From the NCBI GenBank assembly GCA_002633005.1, contig NMRA01000608.1, forward strand, positions 167,850-231,849: DNA of 64,000 nt, given 5' to 3'. Positions 1 to 12,851 of this stretch are shown in pieces; the first letter of the stretch is position 1, and the number at the start of each line of letters is the position of its first letter. This stretch comes from Phoronis australis (taxonomy: Eukaryota > Animalia > Phoronida). Position numbers and translations under genes: made by a program. Below the pieces are notes generated by a model that did not search any database, was not told where the DNA came from, and saw only the letters and a list, made by a program, of their open reading frames with translations.

Positions 1-3000
1 ATATAGAACATTTTAATACAAGCTTCTGAAAGACATATAATAAATAAAACTTTTACATAAACTTTCCACAACAATGTAATAAAATGAAGACCCTGTCATG
101 AGCCATCCAGGAATGTTCATGCTATAAAACCAACAACTGGAATATTCATAATCCTAAAATTGTCTCAAGTGATATGAACACAAAAAAGAATTTATGATGG
201 ACAGATAAATAAAGTTCTCAAGGCATCCTCAAGGAAGGAGGGGCCAAACCCTTTCTGTGACAATTGGCAGTGGAGTACCTTCCAGTAAACAGACGCTCAG
301 TGGAGTTCCTTACACAGACCTGTGGTATCCTCAAGGAAGGGGGCCAAACCCTTTCTGACTATCATAAGGCATTGGAGTATCTACTATGCAACACTGAGTT
401 ATTCCAGCACTTCGAAGTCCCTTTGACCAAAGTCATCAATCAGCCGAAAGGAGTAGATAGCCTCATCTTCGTTGTAATGGATATTAAACCAAGACAGATA
501 TCCGAGGACCTGAAAGAATACTATAATTCATAATTATTTGAACAGTGTTATGCGAAAATGTTACCCTACTTGGAAATTATGCACATTTTAACAAAGGTGA
601 CATAATACTATTAAACTACAAGGTTGTGAAAAGAAAAAAGAAATAGCTAGATAGGTCATGTCAGTATTTGTCTGACAGTGTCTTAAGAGGTGGTGTTGGC
701 ATATGGTACTTCTTCGCGGACTCCTCAACAGCATCAGGAGCTGAAAAGCACAGTCCGATAGGTGGAGGGGAGAGCCAAAATGAAGGAGGCTTTGACCGTT
801 TGTCTATGAGATCATGTCCAACTGAATAACTGATAAAATGCAAGTAGAATCAGTAGAAGCAGGAAAGTAGAAGGATCTGGACCAAGAGCTAGAAGCAGAG
901 TCTGTTGAGAAAGAAATGTGAGACATGATGAAGATAGAAACTCAAAACAGGAGTGAAATTATAAGAACAAAAATAATGAAGAAAATAACAACTGGTTTGG
1001 TCCACAGTAAATTCCAACAAAGCTTACCTGGAGGATAAAGATCAGGGTGAGATTTATGAACAGTCTAGGCAAACCTCAATTGTTCCGTTAAAAACTATAT
1101 ATACTGGCCCGTGGTCAGAAAAAAAGTTTATCGAAAGCATGTATGTTTCAAAGTAGTGGACCACAAAGTCTTGGAAACACAGGACTGCAGTAGAACTGTA
1201 CATTTGTAATATTTGTTTAATCTAAAATTAAAACATTTTCATTTTCTATCTTGACATATTCTGAATAAAATGTCATGACCAACAAGGCAAGATGGGTGTG
1301 GACTTCTCTGGCAGCAAGCCAACCCAAGTCTATCAGTGGCTTGACCAACAAAAATGTGAAACAAAATAGTAAAAAAAAACTTAAATATAAGAATCATTGT
1401 TCTCACTACGAGAAATGACTGTTTAGTTCTCTTTTACATTGAGTTTTCATCAGCAAAAGTTGAAGTGCTTCAGTATTGTAAACCAAACATTCAACGCGAT
1501 TCACAGGACCACCCCTAGCGGCAGTACCCGGAACTACGAAGTGAGTCAGAAATTCGCCCGATTGTCAGAAATTGACGAAATGTTCGTTTAGAACAAGTGT
1601 TTGAAATAGTTCATTAATGAACCCTTTAGTGCGGAATACAGTTCATTACATTCGCAAATTATTCTATATACCAATAAATTCAGCTCGAAGTTGAAGGTCG
1701 CGGGAACAGGCGACTTTTTCAACTTTTAAGTGCAGGAAAGTGAAAACTACTTACATAATCGTGTTCGCAAGGCTCCCTTTTGTTCTTTCACGAAGTTTCA
1801 CATAAAAATTCGCGAGTTTAGTCTTCTCCTGGGTTGAAAACCAAATAGTACTCATTTTTACCGGCATCCATTTTGGTCTGAAAAATCGGTCACGTCCCTG
1901 CAAAAAACTCGTGCAAAGTATTATTAAACAAATTTTGCGACAAAAAAGATTATCAGATAAGTAAAACAATATATTTTTTCACAGTTTGCAATAATTTTTA
2001 TTCACATTTGTTACATTTTTGAGTTATTTTTTGCCGATTGTAGTGAGCGAATTTAACACGGTGACAGATACGCGAAGCGATTCGCTGAAGAATGCTGTCC
2101 TCGCTAACTCTACTCTACTGAGCTGAGGTCTAATCTTAGCCTTTAGGGTTTTAGGCTTGTCGGTAGACAGTGCCACTTTCTCAAAACTCAACTAGCAGTA
2201 GGGACAGTGGCCATCTATTCTTGGCATTCACATTGCTCATATTCAGCAGGCATATAGGGTTGTATGCAATTACATCGCCCTGGATGCCGCAGGCATACAG
2301 TCGCGATGTACATCCTCACAAAAAGTTACCAATTTCAAAATACAGGAAATAAAATCAAATGAAACATGCATATAAGCACATGGAGTTATAATTAACACAT
2401 TCCATAACTCTGAAGACGATTCAGTCAAGGTAATTTGAACAAATTGATGAAAAACTGTCGCGGTTTGCTCGAGTTTCTCTTACCAGGTGCCATTTTGAGG
2501 AAGTTACGTGAAATCACACATGTTGATGAATAAAAAGTCCAAGGGACACAAATCTTACAAATTTCACCTGATACCTTCCCATGCAATTTTGCAAGTGTCA
2601 TGCGCCAGCGTCACGCGCTTCGCTCAATCTCGCGTTAGCCTTTGCCTAACTCACGTGACATACTTTGTGGTTATCGCGCATGTGGTGAAAAAGTTATGGT
2701 GACCAAAAAAGTGAAGTTGGAATTCTTCGCCAAAGTCACCTTAATTCTCGTAACTAGCTTCATCGAACATATGTGTAGAAGTAGAAAGGACCACTGAAGA
2801 AAGTTATTGCTTTTGTAAGTTATAGTTTTAAGTGTGAAATGTATTTTTGACAAGGTGAAAACTCCTAATCGGTGGCCGGATTTGGCCTACTGCCCGTTTG
2901 AAATACATGGGACGAAATTTGTACAGAAAGCGTTGGGAAGTCTTGTAGCCCCTAATAGGGGCGATTGTATGCCCTTGTGAAAAGTTATTCATTTCAAAAT

Positions 3001-3625
3001 ACAGCGAATAATATCGAATGAAACATGCTGTCATATTTCTACAGGTTCACTATGTAACGGTGCTCGTTGTCAAATAAATCGTACAATTGTAGATTTTTTA
3101 GAGGATTATTGCTGTCACCAATAGTTACACCTTTAATAAAACAATTACAATCTTAAAACTTTCTATCAGTACTAAGCAAACAATACATAATCACAGCAAA
3201 TGACAAATTAATCATCAAATTACACAGCAAAAGTGATACAGAATTCCATTAAATCAACAGAAATTCACCACATGTACACCATCATAGCACACCTTATCTA
3301 TTTACAATAAATCTGACAAAAAATAATGTCATTAAAGCTAACACTCTTCCTAGAGTAAATTAAATTAGTTATTCTGCTGCTAAATTTTTGTAGTGACTTT
3401 ATGCTTTGACTTTCAGCGCCATGAAATAAGATTGTCACCTATTGGCCAATTTCTTTTTTCATTGACTCTTCAAAAAGGCTGCGTACAGTTTACTACAAAT
3501 TATTGGAATTGGTTTTTAGAGTTTTAGCACCAGCAAACCGAATTTCTGAGCAATTTTCCTTTGGTGAAGTTGTCATCACTTCCCAAAAGATGTCGCAAAA
3601 TAGCAAACAGTACATGGGCGTCAAC

Positions 3626-4173
3626 TTGAAAACAATACGTTCATTTCGAATTAACAAAGGACTTCTCTGCAAAATGCAAAACCATGGTGACTACAGCAAT
3701 AAAATTCCATTTATCGTTGCAGCTGCTTTTTCATTGGAATTCTGAAACTTTATTTTCTGGTTTTATCTGGACCTATAGTTAGGTACAAGTGAAGCAAGGT
3801 ACTTGTACCTATAGTTAGGTACAAGTGAAGCAAGGTACTTGGACCTATAGTTAGGTACAAGTGAAGCAAGGTACGTGGACCTATAGTTAGGTACAAGTGA
3901 AGCAAGGTACGTGGACCTATAGTTAGGTACAAGTGAAGCAAGGTACGTGGACCTGTAGTTAGGTACAAGTGAAGCAAGGTACGTGGACCNTTGAAAACAA
4001 TACGTTCATTTCGAATTAACAAAGGACTTCTCTGCAAAATGCAAAACCATGGTGACTACAGCAATAGAATTCGATTTATCATTGCAGCTGCTTTTTCATT
4101 GGAATTCTGAAACTTTATTTTCTGGTTTTATCTGGACCTATAGTTAGGTACAAGTGAAGCAAGGTACTTGTAC
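3626..4173. other. Near-identical duplication across an n join (3626-~3809 vs 3991-~4173), probably two haplotypes or overlapping contig ends
   Basis: TTGAAAACAATACGTTCATTTCGAATTAAC... recurs immediately after the n at 3990 with a few substitutions; the second copy has a single 36-bp unit. Confidence 0.8.
3769..3989. repeat. 36-bp minisatellite, ~6 copies (GGACCTATAGTTAGGTACAAGTGAAGCAAGGTACGT)
   Basis: Head-to-tail copies with no spacers; gives the 12-aa periodicity GPRTLLHLYLTI in ORF 3750-4037; ends at an n at 3990. Confidence 0.95.
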
Positions 4174-4387
4174 ATAATGCTTGAACTTTATTGACATCTT
4201 ATTAATTTAATAATTTTTCAAGAAAAAAACTCCCTGGAAAAATGACAGTATTCCATCCGAAAGTGCCGGTTTCAGGTCGGTGTTGTCAGTACCAAGTTGA
4301 CTCTTCATTTGATAGGTTAATATTTTTCATAAGGTTTTTGATGCTGGGTATTCTCACTGACTAAAGCTCTCTTCGGATTGTGAAGAT

Positions 4388-4505
4388 ATTATCAGGTAGA
4401 TTATAACCCAGGACGCCTCCAGCTTACCATCTGAGGCATGTATTATTATCAGGTAGATTATAACCCAGGACGCCTCCAGCTTACCACCTAAGGCATGTAT
4501 TATCA
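4388..4505. repeat. 57-bp tandem duplication
   Basis: ATTATCAGGTAGATTATAACCCAGGACGCCTCCAGCTTACCA occurs at 4388 and 4445. Confidence 0.9.
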
Positions 4506-4633
4506 AGTTGGGTTTTCCCCTTGTCTCTGCAGTTGTAGAGACTTCTACACTAGGTTTAGCATTACAAGTGTTTTCAAATTGTTCATTGGTAATCTTTACT
4601 ATTTGTTGCAGTGTAGATCGATGTGACCCAGCA

Positions 4634-4696
4634 ATGCCTAAGAAGGTCTTGTCCAGCAAAGACCTGGATGCGCAGTTTGATGCTTTTCTTAAAGAG
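4634..4696 (+). CDS. Probable first coding exon of a host gene, CEP162-like N-terminus (MPKKVLSSKDLDAQFDAFLKE)
   Basis: Acceptor TTGCAG ending at 4611, ATG at 4634, donor GAG|GTAATT after 4696 (phase 0). The peptide resembles the CEP162 N-terminal motif as I recall it (ELDxxFExFxKE). No downstream exons were recognised in the window. Confidence 0.45.
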
Positions 4697-4859
4697 GTAA
4701 TTAACATTTGGCATAGGGTAAAGACAAACTACTAGGTTAAAGGCTGCATTTCACCCTGTTTGTTGAGTAGAAATGAAAATCAAGTTAGGCCTTTTACTGT
4801 CATCAAATCAGTCTCGTAGTATTCCTTGCCATGATGGCTCATTACCAAATTGAGTCACA

Positions 4860-5191
4860 TAGACCGGGATCCCAGAGCTTTTTTGGGCATGAAAAGGTAA
4901 CCAACTTTCTTTGGTGCCACAGTGCTCTGTGGGTATCCTGATGCTTGGAAATGGCCGTCTGGCAAGTTCGCTCTGGTGGGTGTGGTCAGGGGAGCCAAGA
5001 GAATGACACTCGAAAATTGAGCTAGATCAACTTTTCTGGTAACCACTTCAAACTGCCTTGGATACCTACTACGTAATCCACTGTATCAAAATTGGCCACT
5101 GCCAGACAATTTCAGTGGTGGGGACTACCCGCCAGACGAACATATACAGGGTACAAAAATTGAGCTAGATCAATCCAAGAGGTAACCGCTT
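4860..5191 (+). repeat. Left TIR of the Academ element (>=332 bp, cut by n at 5192)
   Basis: Reverse complement of 10836-11167 with only about 2 mismatches seen; internal sub-repeat AAATTGAGCTAGATCAA occurs twice. Confidence 0.93.
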
Positions 5192-5192
5192 N

Positions 5193-8100
5193 ATACCGCA
5201 GCAACTTGAACTGTTTTACCGAACACTTCTCGGTGGCATTACAACATCAAACTCTCAAAGAGAATCCATTGACCGCAAAGTGACCGCAATGGCATCTGAC
5301 GCCATTTACAACGTTACCCGTGGTAATGTGAGGCCGTGGAAGCACACGTCCCTGGGACTTGGTCTGTCTTCTCTGTCAGGTTCAAAACTGTCTTTGCAGA
5401 TTCTAAACAGAGCAGGACATTCCATTTGCTATAAGGAAAGCAAAGGCCTTGAGACTGAGTTTGCGTATTCCATAGAGTCGTATGAACGCGAAGCACCGGG
5501 TGGTATTCGACTCTTTCCAAATCTAGCCACAGCCTCTGTTTGGGATAATAATGACGCACACGTCGAAGCATTAGATGGCATGTCAACACTGCCCGCAACT
5601 GTTGATCATAGCTACCAGAATGTGGTGGAAGAAGAAAGGGAAGATGCTTCTGCTGCACTGTTGTTTCGAGAAGGAAGGAATCGTCGACAGTTTGTGGGGG
5701 TAGAGCGGGAAGTGCGGCCATTCAGAAAATCTTTTAAGGACGTTACTTTGTCAAATATCAACATGAACTCTGCTCAAACACGTGACAATCTTGTCAGAGG
5801 CACTGAAGTAAACTGCAAGAATATACAGCTCAACTTGTTGGATTTCTACTGGTTTTTGAAACTAAGGGAAGGTAACACTCCACTGCATGCTGGATTTAAA
5901 GCAGTTACATACGGGACCCATTGCCTCGTCAAAGGATCTGTTACATGGACCCCATTTCAAAATCACCAACCAACAACAATGTTGTTTAAAAAACTATGAT
6001 CCGCACGATGTATGTAGCCAGAGAGGCTGGGCAAGACTACGCAGTTGTCACATATGACTTGGCTGTTGCTTTAAAAGCCTACGCAATACAAGAACTTGAA
6101 AGACCATTGTTTGATAAGCTGCTGATAATACGCAGGTGGCTTTTTATGGAGCTGTGGGAACCATGGTAAATGGAAGTGGCATAGAGTTCCTTCTTTCAGA
6201 GACTGGTATCTTAGCAGAAGGGTCTATGATGGGCTTCATTAAAGGAAAATTCTATAAAGGTGCACTCGGGTTCACTAGCTTCTTGCTAAAGTTTTGGAGG
6301 GCAAGATGTACCAAAAATTTCTGCATGACTTGGCTCCGGAAGAATATAAATCGTTCCTTACGGTTATGACCGCAGTCCCTTCAGATCCAGAACAAATAGA
6401 GGCAAACCTTGATGATCCTGTAATTACTCAGCACCTCCATAAGTATGAACAAGATTTCTTTCACACAGTGATTAATGGCAAATATGGCAAAACTGCTCAG
6501 TTTTGGGCAACCTACATCTTTCTCATAAANGAGTTTGCGTATTCCATAGAGTCGTATGAACGCGAAGCACCGGGTGGTATTCGACTCTTTCCAAATCTAG
6601 CCACTGCCTCTGTTTGGGATGATAATGACGCACACGTCGAAGCATTAGATGGCATGTCAACACTGCCCGCAACTGTTGATCATAGCTACCAGAATGTGGT
6701 GGAAGAAGAAAAGGAAGATGCTTCTGCTGCACTGTTGTTTCGAGAAGGAAGGAATCGTCGACAGTTTGTGGGGGTAGAGCGGAAAGTGCGGCCATTCAGA
6801 AAATCTCTTAAGGACGTTACTTTTTCAAATACCAACATGAACTCTGCTCAAACACGTGACAATCTTGTCAGAGGCACTGAAGTAAACTGCAAGAACATAC
6901 AGCTCAACTTGTTGGATCTCTACTGTTTTTTGAAACTAAGGGAAGGTAACACTCCACTGCATGCTGGATTTAAAGCAGTTACATACGGGACCCCTTGCCT
7001 CGTCAAAGGATCTGTTACATGGACCCCACTTCAAAATCACCAACCAACAACAATGTTGTTTAAGAAACTATGATCCGCACAATGTTTGTAGCTAGAGAGA
7101 CTGGGCAAGACTACGCAGTTGTCACATATGACTTAGCAGTTGCTTTAAAAGCCTACGCAATACAAGAACTTGAAAGACCATTGTTTGATAAGCTGCTGAT
7201 AATACGCAGCTGGATTTTTATGGAGCTGTGGGAACCATGATAAATGGAAGTGGCATAGAGTTCCTACTTTCAGAGACTGGTATCTTGGCAGAAGGGTCTA
7301 TGATGGGCTTCATTAAAGGAAAATTCTACAACAAGTGCACTCGGGTTCACGAGCTTCTTGCTAATGTTTTGGAGGGCAAGATGTACCAAAAATTTCTGCA
7401 TGACTTGGCTCCGGAGGAATATGAATCGTTCCTTACGGTTATGACCGCAGTCCCTTCAGATCCAGAACAAATAGAGGTAAACCTTAATGATCCTGTAATT
7501 ACTCAGCACCTCCATAAGTATGAACAAGATTTCTTTCACACAGTGATTAATGGCAAATATGGCAAAACTACTCAGTTTTGGGCAACCTACATCTTTCTCA
7601 TAAACCGTGCGCACAGAGATGCGTCAAGACAAATGACATCAGTGGTTATATCAACATTTTCCCGACAATGCTAGAGGTATTCTTTGCCCTGAACCGCCCA
7701 AACTACGCCAGATGGGGAACGTTGTTTTAATTGAAATTTGCAGACCCACAATTGCGCGAAGTGCTGGAAAACGGAGCGTTTTCAGTGCGACGTACTAGGG
7801 ACAACTTCAGTAGATCGGCTGTTGACCTCTCTTTGGAACAGTCCGTTAACAGGGATGCAGCATCGAGCATGACAGGGATAATGGCTTTCCGCAACTCAGA
7901 GAATGCAATGCGTCGATGGTTCCTCTCTATGACACAAAGGGCAATGGCTGTAACTGAACTTAGANTCGTCAAAACGGAAAAGTCTGCTTTGCTGAAAAAA
8001 ATTGAATTGTTCCAGACAGAACCTATAACAGATGGAGATTTTCTACACGACTACGTGAAGGTATTTGATGGCGGACTTCTTCTACATTCAGTCATCTCAC

Positions 8101-9665
8101 AGACGAGAATAGGTGCAACTTACGAATCAGTTGCACGATCGATGTTATCGGTGGTTTGTTCGGGGAGGGCAGAGGAAGCACACTTGTGTCTAGACAAGTA
8201 CGTAGAAAACTCAATTAAGGACAGTGAACGGAAACATCGCGGGGACTTTAATTCCATGTATGCCATAACAGGCATACTATGCAACGGAGCTCACAAACAC
8301 TTCTGAACAACAGCGCGTTCAAGAATGAACTGGCGAAGTTCCTTTTGACGGAATGGAGAAAAGACAATTATTGGCATATGTTTCATGGGAAAACCTTATT
8401 TGTTTCCCACGGTGGTGACTGCTACCAGTTCTTTACCGACAATAACCAGCAAATCATGGTGACAAAGCCTGCCCATCTCCAAGGTGACCACGAGGAAGCG
8501 GATACGCTGATTGCGTTCTACGTCGCAAACATTCCAATCGGTTATGTTATGGTAAGGGCTTCAGATACAGATGTTTTAGTAATCTTGCTTGGTACGCTCG
8601 GACAACAGCGGCGAGAAATAAGGTCCACGACCAATGTTGTCGTGGACTGTGGGATGGGAAATAACATAAGAGTTATCAACATTTCCGACATAGCAAACGT
8701 TCTTGAAGAGCGCAAGTATGGACTTGGCAGAGCAATGCCTGGATATACCATGCCTTCACTGAATGTGACTACACGTCTGCCTTTTATAGGAATGTTATCG
8801 AAATCTTGATTATTGCAGTAGTGACAAGAATTGAATGAATTCGATTACAGTGAGGAGAATTGATTGAATTCGATTAGCTGTGATTACGTCTGCCATGTAA
8901 ATGAAGTCTAAGCAACGTATTATGGTTGCCTCCTTTAAATAAAAAAGGTTTCTATTATGAATTAGTTTTACACGTCATTCCTTATTTTTCAGAAAAGGCA
9001 AAATCAAGCCCTTGGACATTGCTGAAAGTGATGAAAGGTTCATCAATATGTTCGCTAATTTTGGAAATGTGCATGGCAGCATCGATGTCGATTTAGTCGC
9101 TGAATTCGTATGTCACATGTACGCAAAAAGTAAGCTCAAAGATGTTAACGAGGCCCGTTTCGTCAAACTTATGGACATGACTGGCAAAGTTGCTGAGGTA
9201 TGTAGTGATAACCTGTAAATAATATAAATATTCGATTTGATAATGTTTAACTACCTTCAAAGTCAGCTATGCTTATATTTTTTAATTTCCTTTCAGGAGA
9301 ATCCACTTGCAAATGTAAAACGAATTGACTATGCGTTGCTCCCGCCATGTCTCCGTAGCCTGGAGATGAAGATTTGCCGAACTCAGTACGTCACAGCGCT
9401 ATGGACCAGTGCCGCGACAGCATATCCTGGGGATGGACTGACACCAACTGATTATGGTTGGCATGCAACTGAAACTCACACACTTCTGCCAGTTTGGTTT
9501 GAGGGGTCCATTCTCCCTGACATTTTGTTCATTTCGAATGCAGAAGTCAACAACAGTAACCTTGGGAATGAAGCAACCAGCAATAGAGATAGTTCTTTTG
9601 AAGAACTGACAGATTCCGAAGATGATCCATGGAGTGAAGACTCCGACTCTGATGAAGAGGATTAA
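5193..9665 (+). pseudogene. Academ transposase / XPG-PIN nuclease gene, frameshifted and partly missing
   Basis: Motifs WDNND, TYDLAVALKAY, YNKCTRVH, NYARW, DLSLEQSVNR, DGGLLLH, HEEADT, SDTDV, HAFTECDYTSAFYR/KGK, LPPC..RTQYVTALW..PTDYGW, acidic tail. Introns at about 8790-8992 (donor reads GA, apparently mutated) and 9198-9296 (GT..AG). Several frameshifts; sequence missing at n5192 and n7965; ~5456-6529 is repeated after n6530. Confidence 0.85.
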
Positions 9666-9841
9666 TTACGGCACTTTGGATTTGACTAAAACATGCACAG
9701 TGAATAAGTTGGCTCATTGGAATGAGATGAATATTGGTTATAGCAATAAGTCTCCTTTTATATTTTTGTGTTTGTTACTCATGTATGGTGTTCTCCAAAA
9801 AGAATGAACAGACCTTTATGGCACCTGACATTTGGTTCATA

Positions 9842-10811
9842 NNNNNNNNNNNNNNNNNNNNNNNNNNNNNNNNNNNNNNNNNNNNNNNNNNNNNNNNNNN
9901 NNNNNNNNNNNNNNNNNNNNNNNNNNNNNNNNNNNNNNNNNNNNNNNNNNNNNNNNNNNNNNNNNNNNNNNNNNNNNNNNNNNNNNNNNNNNNNNNNNNN
10001 NNNNNNNNNNNNNNNNNNNNNNNNNNNNNNNNNNNNNNNNNNNNNNNNNNNNNNNNNNNNNNNNNNNNNNNNNNNNNNNNNNNNNNNNNNNNNNNNNNNN
10101 NNNNNNNNNNNNNNNNNNNNNNNNNNNNNNNNNNNNNNNNNNNNNNNNNNNNNNNNNNNNNNNNNNNNNNNNNNNNNNNNNNNNNNNNNNNNNNNNNNNN
10201 NNNNNNNNNNNNNNNNNNNNNNNNNNNNNNNNNNNNNNNNNNNNNNNNNNNNNNNNNNNNNNNNNNNNNNNNNNNNNNNNNNNNNNNNNNNNNNNNNNNN
10301 NNNNNNNNNNNNNNNNNNNNNNNNNNNNNNNNNNNNNNNNNNNNNNNNNNNNNNNNNNNNNNNNNNNNNNNNNNNNNNNNNNNNNNNNNNNNNNNNNNNN
10401 NNNNNNNNNNNNNNNNNNNNNNNNNNNNNNNNNNNNNNNNNNNNNNNNNNNNNNNNNNNNNNNNNNNNNNNNNNNNNNNNNNNNNNNNNNNNNNNNNNNN
10501 NNNNNNNNNNNNNNNNNNNNNNNNNNNNNNNNNNNNNNNNNNNNNNNNNNNNNNNNNNNNNNNNNNNNNNNNNNNNNNNNNNNNNNNNNNNNNNNNNNNN
10601 NNNNNNNNNNNNNNNNNNNNNNNNNNNNNNNNNNNNNNNNNNNNNNNNNNNNNNNNNNNNNNNNNNNNNNNNNNNNNNNNNNNNNNNNNNNNNNNNNNNN
10701 NNNNNNNNNNNNNNNNNNNNNNNNNNNNNNNNNNNNNNNNNNNNNNNNNNNNNNNNNNNNNNNNNNNNNNNNNNNNNNNNNNNNNNNNNNNNNNNNNNNN
10801 NNNNNNNNNNN
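9842..10811. other. Assembly gap (N run)
   Basis: 970 N; the four long ORFs spanning it are artefacts. Confidence 1.
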
Positions 10812-10835
10812 GGTGAAAATTTTGCGACTGGTTTC

Positions 10836-11167
10836 AAGCGGTTACCTCTTGGATTGATCTAGCTCAATTTTTGTACCCTGTATATGTTCGTCTGGCGGGT
10901 AGTCCCCACCACTGAAATTGTCTGGCAGTGGCCAATTTTGATACAGTGGATTACGTAGTAGGTATCCAAGGCAGTTTGAAGTGGTTACCAGAAAAGTTGA
11001 TCTAGCTCAATTTTCGAGTGTCATTCTCTTGGCTCCCCTGACCACACCCACCAGAGCGAACCTGCCAGACGGCCATTTCCAAGCATCAGGATACCCACAG
11101 AGTACTGTGGCACCAAAGAAAGTTGGTTACCTTTTCATGCCCAAAAAAGCTCTGGGATCCCGGTCTA
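10836..11167 (-). repeat. Right TIR of the Academ element
   Basis: Inverted copy of 4860-5191, ending CTA followed by ACA. Confidence 0.93.
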
Positions 11168-11341
11168 ACAGGCAGCGCCAATAAAGTCGGAGGGATTTTA
11201 TAGGGGGGTTGATGGTTTTTATGTTCTTGTTGATGGAAATAGACCCCTATCACGACAAGAAATATGACGAGATCATTTTTAAAAGGCTCTTCTTTATTTT
11301 TGTTTTTAGCTAAGCAAGACAGGACGACATGCAACTTTAAG

Positions 11342-11614
11342 CAGTGTTCTCCAAAATAGAAAACTCAACAGGGGTTATAAAATTTAGGAAGATATTTGAA
11401 AATTTATTTGCATGCTGTGTATGTTCTGTACGTTAGTGTGTGGAATCAGTAACAGTGAACTGATGTCAAACCTACAAGATTATCTGTTTCGCGTAAAAAA
11501 TTGTCATTTTCGTCGTTGCGTTAAATTTAAAACTCGACACAGGTGACACAAACTCGTCGCGGCAGAACTGAAACTCGTCACTGCAAGAAGTCAAACAACT
11601 TGTGGAGAACACTG
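11342..11614. mobile_element. Short non-autonomous TIR element (hAT-like CAGTG ends)
   Basis: CAGTGTTCTCCA ... TGGAGAACACTG. Its right portion (AAACTCGTCGCGGCAG...GTGGAGAACAC) has a diverged relative at ~44238-44303. No clear TSD. Confidence 0.55.
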
Positions 11615-12441
11615 TGCAAACGCATATTTTTGCATGTGTTATAAAATACAAGTGCCCGTTCAATCGTAATCCATTTGGCTGTTAGGAACTTCGGCAGTAA
11701 GTTGAACTGTGGTGGCAAATGTTTCAAGAAGTGAAGAATAGTTGGTTAGGGAAGGTGGAAGTTAGAAGCAGCTACGGACCCAGCTACGGATCAAAGAAAC
11801 ATTAGAGCACCTAAGGAAGTCTAAAAACTGGTGTCATTTTTTCCTCACTGTGGTGACAATTTATTGTTTGTCTCAGAATGAACTAACAGCATGTTTTTAG
11901 CCAGAAAGGCAAAGTTTGTTCCAGTCATGTTGATACCTGTGCTCATTGAAGAAATGCTGCCCATATCAAGTTCAGCCAAAGTCTCATTTCTAATTGAAAA
12001 GCTGCACAAAAGCATGTATGCAAGGATAAGCAAGGTTTGAAACACCATGATTTTTTAAGTGATGAGTGAAAACAACCCTGCATCATTTTTGCTCGTCTCA
12101 GGTGGGTTTTCTTTTTTGAAGAAGTGAGCAAGCAAAGAATGCCGTACCACTAACTCTATTTTCAAAAAAAAGAACAAAAAAATGAACTCAGACCAGAATG
12201 AACTAATGCTTTTTAAGCTGAGTTGAGTGCATTTCAGGCAAATAAAATAAGTCACTGTGACAAGAAAACTTCATGGGGTTGGTATTGAGCAGTGGAGATC
12301 TGTCAGTTCTCTAGTCCTGAAGTCACCTCTAGTCTGAGTACTATTTAGGAGCAAGCTGAGACCCGTTTCAATCGGTAACTAGTTTTTGATGTAATTTGCT
12401 GGTGAGAAGGTTGCTCACGTCTGTCATTACTTGTAGCCACN

Positions 12442-12851
12442 CCACCACTAGATTTGTCTGGCAGTGTTCATTCGTGATACCTGGGCTTACGGTGAAAATT
12501 TTGCGACTGGTTTCAAGGGGTTACCTCTTGGATTGATCTAGCTCAATTTTTGTGCCCTGAATATGTTCGTCTGGCGGGTAGTCCCCACCACTGAAATTGT
12601 CTGGCAGTGGCCAATTTTGATACAGTGGATTAGGATCAGTAGTAGGTATCCAAGGCAGTTTGAAGTGGTTACCAGAAAAGTTGATCTAGCTCAATTTTCG
12701 AGTGTCATTCTCTTGGCTCCCCTGACCACACCCACCAGAGCGAACCTGCCAGACAGCCATTTCCAAGCATCAGGATACCCATAGAGCACTGTGGCACCAA
12801 AGAAAATTGGTTACCTTTTCATGCCCAAAAAAGCTCTGGGATCCCGGTCTA
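12442..12851 (-). mobile_element. Orphan terminus (TIR) of a second copy of the same Academ family
   Basis: Follows n12441; matches 10812-11167 with several substitutions and a small insertion; ends CGGTCTA followed by a different flank (GTA). Confidence 0.85.

Larger units (their letters stand above)
4860..11167 (+). mobile_element. Academ-superfamily DNA transposon (XPG/PIN nuclease-bearing type), incompletely assembled
   Basis: Starts TAGACCGGGATCCCAGAGC and ends GCTCTGGGATCCCGGTCTA; 3-bp direct repeat ACA on both sides (4857-4859, 11168-11170); long TIRs; internal gene with Academ-type and XPG-like motifs. Confidence 0.88.

Noticed and set aside
223-533. ORF 264-533 with a ~37-bp local duplication (223 and 324)
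   Set aside because: No recognisable domain or splice structure; cannot be assigned.
3769-3989. 36-bp repeats of CRISPR-like length
   Set aside because: Units are contiguous with no unique spacers, no cas genes are present, and the context is eukaryotic.
4043-4056. RFX X-box-like site (AAAACCATGGTGAC) upstream of the CEP162-like exon
   Set aside because: Only one half-site matches the consensus and the gene identity is itself uncertain.
4855-5046. Repeated ORF MVTRKVDLAQFSSV.. (also 10981 and 12563)
   Set aside because: It lies wholly within the Academ TIRs, so repetition reflects TIR identity rather than coding constraint.
5456-7605. Tandem internal duplication of the Academ gene as a biological event
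   Set aside because: The repeat starts exactly at n6530, so it is more likely two overlapping contigs from different copies or alleles.
9734-10862. Four 340-364-aa ORFs
   Set aside because: They consist of the N gap translated as X.
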